Part shown: positions 24,701 through 30,644 of the stretch, piece after piece | Position numbering within the stretch: the first letter of the stretch is position 1 | Layout of the letters: every line of letters starts with the position of its first letter | Assembly: GCA_036172245.1 (NCBI GenBank) | Contig: JAYWIR010000125.1 | Location: 62,001-92,644 of the forward strand | Direction: 5' to 3' | Source: Raillietiella orientalis | Lineage: Eukaryota | DNA: 30,644 nt | Notes under the pieces: generated by a model | Database searches by the model: none | What the model was told of the DNA's origin: nothing | Seen by the model: only the letters and a program-made list of their open reading frames with translations | Program-made: the position numbers and the translations under genes

Positions 24701-27700
24701 ACCCACGAAAATGCACGTTTGCGCGTATATCCATCACAGGAATTTTGCGTTCATTGAAAACGGATCCTCCGTGGAAAAACGCTAAAGTGCAAAGGTGAAA
24801 TGTGCTGATTTCGAATCGATTCCAAACCCCCAAAAGTTTCAAATTCGGACCAGATAATGAATCGAAGAGAAGGAAAACCTCCCCTTTCTAATTTTGACAC
24901 TGGCCACCATGAAAACGACACAGAGTCCACAGTGCCTCACCCTAATGAAACGTCTTACTCATCTCAATGTACTTCTGAACCCACGAAAATGCACGTTTGC
25001 GCGTATATCCATCACAGGAATTTTGCGTTCATTGAAAACGGATGCTCCGTGCAAAAACGCAAAAGTGCAAAGGTGAAATCTGCTGATTTCGAATTGATTC
25101 CAAACCCCTTAAAAGTTGCAAATTCGGAACACATAACGAATCGAAGAGAAGGAAAACCTTTTCTTTCTTATTCCGACACTTGTTACTATGCAAACGACAC
25201 ATAGTCCACATTGCCCCACCCTAATGAAACGTCGGACTCATCTCAATGTCCTTCTGAACCAACGAGAATGGACGATTGTGCGTATATCCCTCACAGGAAT
25301 TTTGCGGTCACTGAAAACGGATTCTCCGTGGAAAAACGCAAAAGTGCAAAGGTGAATGCTGCTGATTTCGAATCGATTCCAAACCCCCAAAAGTTTCAAA
25401 TTCGGACCAGATAATGAATGAAAGAGAAGGAAAACCTTTTCTTTCTAATTCCGACACTGCTTACCATGAAAACGACACAGAGTCCACAGTACCCTACCCT
25501 AATGAAACGTCGGACTCATCTCAAGGTCCTTCTGAACCAACGAGAATGGACGATTGTGGGTATATCGATCACACGAATTTTGCGGTCAGTGAAAACGGAT
25601 GCTCCGTGCAAAAACGCAAAAGTGCAAAGGTGAAATCTGCTGATTTCGAATTGATTCCAAACCCCTTAAAAGTTGCAAATTCGGAACACATAACGAATCG
25701 AAGAAAAGGAAAACCTTTTCTTTCTAATTCCGACACTTGTTACTATGCAAACGACACAGAGTCCACAGTGCCCCACCCTAATGAAACGTCGGACTCATCT
25801 CAATGTCCTTCTGAACCAACGAGAATGGACGATTGTGCGTATATCCATCACAGGAATTTTGCGGTCACTGAAAACGGTTCCTCCGTGCAAAAACGCAAAA
25901 GTGCAAAGGTGAAATCTGCTGATTTCGAATTGATTCCAAACCCCTTAAAAGTTGCAAATTCGGAACACATAACGAATCGAAGAGAAGGAAAACCTTTTCT
26001 TTCTAATTCCGACACTTGTTACTATGCAAACGACACAGAGTCCACAGTGCCCCACCCTAATGAAACGTCGGACTCATCTCAATGTCCTTCTGAACCCACG
26101 AAAATGGACGTTTGCGCGTATATCCATCACAGGAATTTTCCGGTCACTGAAAAGGGATCCTCCGTGGAAAAACGCTAAAGTGCAAAGATGAAATCTGCTG
26201 ATTTCGAATCGATTCCAAACCCCCAAAAGTTTCAAATTCGGACCAGATAATGAATCAAAGAGAAGGAAAACCTACCCTTTCTAATTGCGACACTGGCCAC
26301 CATGAAAACGACACAGAGTCCACAGTGCCTCACCCTAATGAAACGTCGGACTCATCTCAATGTACTTCTCAACCCACGAAAATGTACGTTTGTGCGTATA
26401 TCCATCACGGGAATTTTCCGGTCACTGAAAAGGGATCCTCCGTGGAAAAACGCAAAAGTGCAAAGGTGAAATCTGCTGATTTCGAATCGATTCCAAACCC
26501 CCAAAAGTTTCAAATTCGGACCAGATAATGAATGAAAGAGAAGGAAAACCTTTTCTTTCTAATTCCGACACTGCTTACCATGAAAACGACACAGAGTCCA
26601 CAGTACCCCACCCTAATGAAACGTCGGACTCATCTCAATGTCCTTCTGAACCCACGAAAATGGACGTTTGCGCGTATATCCATCACAGGAATTTTGCGTT
26701 CACTGAAAACGGATCCTCCGTGGAAAATCGCAAAAGTGCAAAGGTGAAATCTGCTGATTTCGAATCGATTCCATACCCCCAAAAGTTTCAAATTCGGACC
26801 AGATAATGAATCGAAGAGAAGGAAAACCTCCCCTTTCTAATTCCGACACTGCTTACCATGAAAACGACACAGAGTCCACAGTGCCTCACCCTAATGAAAC
26901 GTCTTACTCATCTCAATGTACTTCTGAACCCACGAAAATGCACGTTTGCGCGTATATCCATCACAGGAATTTTGCGTTCATTGAAAACGGATGCTCCGTG
27001 CAAAAACGCAAAAGTGCAAAGGTGAAATCTGCTGATTTCGAATTGATTCCAAACCCCTTAAAAGTTGCAAATTCGGAACACATAACGAATCGAAGAGAAG
27101 GAAAACCTTTTCTTTCTTATTCCGACACTTGTTACTATGCAAACGACACATAGTCCACATTGCCCCACCCTAATGAAACGTCGGACTCATCTCAATGTCC
27201 TTCTGAACCAACGAGAATGGACGATTGTGCGTATATCCCTCACAGGAATTTTGCGGTCACTGAAAACGGATTCTCCGTGGAAAAACGCAAAAGTGCAAAG
27301 GTGAATGCTGCTGATTTCGAATCGATTCCAAACCCCCAAAAGTTTCAAATTCGGACCAGATAATGAATGAAAGAGAAGGAAAACCTTTTCTTTCTAATTC
27401 CGACACTGCTTACCATGAAAACGACACAGAGTCCACAGTACCCCACCCTAATGAAACGTCGGACTCATCTCAATGTCCTTCTGAACCCACGAAAATGGAC
27501 GTTTGCGCGTATATCCATCACAGGAATTTTGCGTTCACTGAAAACGGATCCTCCGTGGAAAAACGCTAAAGTGCAAAGATGAAATCTGCTGATTTCGAAT
27601 CGATTCCAAACCCCCAAAAGTTTCAAATTCGGACCAGATAATGAATCAAAGAGAAGGAAAACCTCCCCTTTCTAATTTTGACACTTGCCACCATGAAAAC

Positions 27701-30644
27701 GACACAGAGTCCACAGTGCCTCACCCTAATGAAACGTCGTACTCATCTCAATGTACTTCTGAACCCACGAAAATGCACGTTTGCGCGTATATCCATCACA
27801 GGAATTTTGCGTTCATTGAAAACGGATGCTCCGTGCAAAAACGCAAAAGTGCAAAGGTGAAATCTGCTGATTTCGAATTGATTCCAAACCCCTTAAAAGT
27901 TGCAAATTCGGAACAGATAATGAATGGAAGAGAAGGAAAACCTTTTCTTTCTAATTCCGACACTGCTTACCATGAAAACGACACAGAGTCCACAGTTCCC
28001 CACCCTAATGAAACGTCGGACTCATCTCAATGTCCTTCTGAACCAACGAGAATGGACGATTGTGCGTATATCCATCACAGGAATTTTGCGGTCACTGAAA
28101 ACGGATCCTCCGTGGAAAAACGCAAAAGTGCAAAGGTGAAATCTGCTGATTTCGAATTGATTCCAAACCCCTTAAAAGTTGCAAATTCGGAACACATAAC
28201 GAATCGAAGAGAAGGAAAACCTTTTCTTTCTAATTCCGACACTTGTTACTATGCAAACGACACAGAGTCCACAGTGCCCCACCCTAATGAAACGTCGGAC
28301 TCATCTCAATGTCCTTCTGAACCCACGAAAATGGACGTTTGCGCGTATATCCATCACAGGAATTTTGCGGTCACTGAAAACGGATCCTCCGTGGAAAAAC
28401 GCAAAAGTGCAAAGGTGAAATCTGCTGATTTCGAATTGATTCCAAACCCCTTAAAAGTTGCAAATTCGGAACACATAATGAATCGAAGAGAAGGAAAACC
28501 TTTTCTTTCTAATTCCGACACTTGTTACTATGCAAACGACACAGAGTCCACAGTTCCCCACCCTAATGAAACGTCGGACTCATCTCAATGTACTTCTGAA
28601 CCCACGAAAATGCACGTTTGCGCGTATATCCATCACAGGAATTTTCCGGTCACTGAAAAGGGATCCTCCGTGGAAAAACGCTAAAGTGCAAAGGTGAAAT
28701 CTGCTGATTTCGAATCGATTCCAAACCCCCAAAAGTTTCAAATTCGGACCAGATAATGAATCAAAGAGAAGGAAAACCTACCCTTTCTAATTGCGACACT
28801 GGCCACCATGAAAACGACACAGAGTCCACAGTGCCTCACCCTAATGAAACGTCGGACTCATCTCAATGTACTTCTCAACCCACGAAAATGTACGTTTGTG
28901 CGTATATCCATCACGGGAATTTTCCGGTCACTGAAAAGGGATCCTCCGTGGAAAAACGCAAAAGTGCAAAGGTGAAATCTGCTGATTTCGAATCGATTCC
29001 AAACCCCCAAAAGTTTCAAATTCGGACCAGATAATGAATGAAAGAGAAGGAAAACCTACCCTTTCTAATTGCGACACTGGCCACCATGAAAACGACACAG
29101 AGTCCACAGTGCCTCACCCTAATGAAACGTCGGACTCATCTCAATGTACTTCTCAACCCACGAAAATGTACGTTTGTGCGTATATCCATCACGGGAATTT
29201 TCCGGTCACTGAAAAGGGATCCTCCGTGGAAAAACGCAAAAGTGCAAAGGTGAAATCTGCTGATTTCGAATCGATTCCAAACCCCCAAAAGTTTCAAATT
29301 CGGACCAGATAATGAATGAAAGAGAAGGAAAACCTTTTCTTTCTAATTCCGACACTGCTTACCATGAAAACGACACAGAGTCCACAGTACCCCACCCTAA
29401 TGAAACGTCGGACTCATCTCAATGTCCTTCTGAACCCACGAAAATGGACGTTTGCGCGTATATCCATCACAGGAATTTTGCGTTCACTGAAAACGGATCC
29501 TCCGTGGAAAATCGCAAAAGTGCAAAGGTGAAATCTGCTGATTTCGAATCGATTCCATACCCCCAAAAGTTTCAAATTCGGACCAGATAATGAATCAAAG
29601 AGAAGGAAAACCTCCCCTTTCTAATTCCGACACCGGCCACCATGAAAACGACACAGAGTCCACAGTGCCTCACCCTAATGAAACGTCGGACTCATCTCAA
29701 TGTACTTCTGAACCCACGAAAATGCACGTTTGCGCGTATATCCATCACAGGAATTTTGCGTTCATTGAAAACGGATGCTCCGTGCAAAAACGCAAAAGTG
29801 CAAAGGTGAAATCTGCTGATTTCGAATTGATTCCAAACCCCTTAAAAGTTGCAAATTCGGAACACATAACGAATCGAAGAGAAGGAAAACCTTTTCTTTC
29901 TTATTCCGACACTTGTTACTATGCAAACGACACATAGTCCACATTGCCCCACCCTAATGAAACGTCGGACTCATCTCAATGTCCTTCTGAACCAACGAGA
30001 ATGGACGATTGTGCGTATATCCCTCACAGGAATTTTGCGGTCACTGAAAACGGATTCTCCGTGGAAAAACGCAAAAGTGCAAAGGTGAATGCTGCTGATT
30101 TCGAATCGATTCCAAACCCCCAAAAGTTTCAAATTCGGACCAGATAATGAATGAAAGAGAAGGAAAACCTTTTCTTTCTAATTCCGACACTGCTTACCAT
30201 GAAAACGACACAGAGTCCACAGTACCCTACCCTAATGAAACGTCGGACTCATCTCAAGGTCCTTCTGAACCAACGAGAATGGACGATTGTGGGTATATCC
30301 ATCACACGAATTTTGCGGTCAGTGAAAACGGATGCTCCGTGCAAAAACGCAAAAGTGCAAAGGTGAAATCTGCTGATTTCGAATTGATTCCAAACCCCTT
30401 AAAAGTTGCAAATTCGGAACACATAACGAATCGAAGAAAAGGAAAACCTTTTCTTTCTAATTCCGACACTTGTTACTATGCAAACGACACAGAGTCCACA
30501 GTGCCCCACCCTAATGAAACGTCGGACTCATCTCAATGTCCTTCTGAACCAACGAGAATGGACGTTTGCGCGTATATCCATCACAGGAATTTTGCGGTCA
30601 CTGAAAACGGATCCTCCGTGGAAAAACGCAAAAGTGCAAAGGTG
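21796..30644. repeat. HOR domain 2 of the 278-bp satellite (irregular multimers with their own diagnostic SNVs)
   Basis: Markers absent from the proximal array: AATTGCGACAC (units 22631, 22909, 26250, 28756, 29034), AAACGCTAAAG (TAA at 22557, 24783, 26176, 27567, 28682), CATAGTCCACATTG, CAAGGTCC and CCATACC. Blocks recur at offsets 1949, 2784 and 6125. The left boundary is approximate. Confidence 0.75.

Larger units (their letters stand above)
15468..30644. repeat. Tandem satellite array, 278/279-bp monomer (~54.5 copies, open at right window edge)
   Basis: The unit GAGTCCACAGTGCCCCACCCTAATGAAACGTCGGACTC...CATGAAAACGACACA repeats head-to-tail. ORF starts are spaced 278 apart (17624, 17902, 18180; 22631, 22909, 23187, 23465). 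A 279-bp variant carries CCCCTTAAAAGTTGCAA, and there are rare 277-bp units. Confidence 0.98.

Noticed and set aside
27641..28684. 347-aa ORF (also 254 aa at 25414, 185 aa at 21796/23465/24022) as real genes
   Set aside because: They arise from consecutive 279-bp (multiple of 3) monomers. Neighbouring copies carry stops and frameshifts, and no recognisable domain is present.
15468..30644. CRISPR array or variable-cassette system
   Set aside because: Whole monomers are homologous. There are no unique spacers, no cas or recombinase genes, and variation is shared SNV mosaicism.
1..30644. 5S rRNA, tRNA, snRNA, spliced-leader or histone tandem gene array; telomeric repeats; LTR/TIR elements
   Set aside because: I recognise no such RNA or protein sequence, terminal repeat, target-site duplication or telomere motif on either strand. 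An Rfam/Dfam search would be needed to exclude divergent cases.

Overview
The window is entirely tandem satellite-type DNA, most likely from a eukaryotic (peri)centromeric or heterochromatic region. I see no credible protein-coding, RNA or transposon gene. Bases 1-15467 hold about 14 copies of a ~1108-bp monomer, with a 2217-bp A/B dimer higher-order repeat (HOR) in the left half and mosaic tracts exchanged between copies. At 15467/15468 it abuts, with no spacer, about 54.5 copies of a 278/279-bp monomer running to the window end. That array has two HOR domains: 7-, 8- and 6-mer cycles, then a different variant set after ~21.5-22.4 kb. The most interesting observations are: (i) probable distant homology between the two satellites and near-commensurate lengths (1108 ~ 4x277; 2217 vs the 2224/2225 8-mer); (ii) many 278-bp monomers are exactly one 92-codon ORF joined to the next by a TAATG stop-start overlap, and the 279-bp variant reads through in frame, although substitutions look neutral; (iii) several hairpins/dyads in the 278-mer, one resembling half of a minimal hammerhead ribozyme. 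All ORFs in the supplied track are best explained as repeat-derived. All alignments and counts were done by eye, and the organism and satellite families could not be identified.
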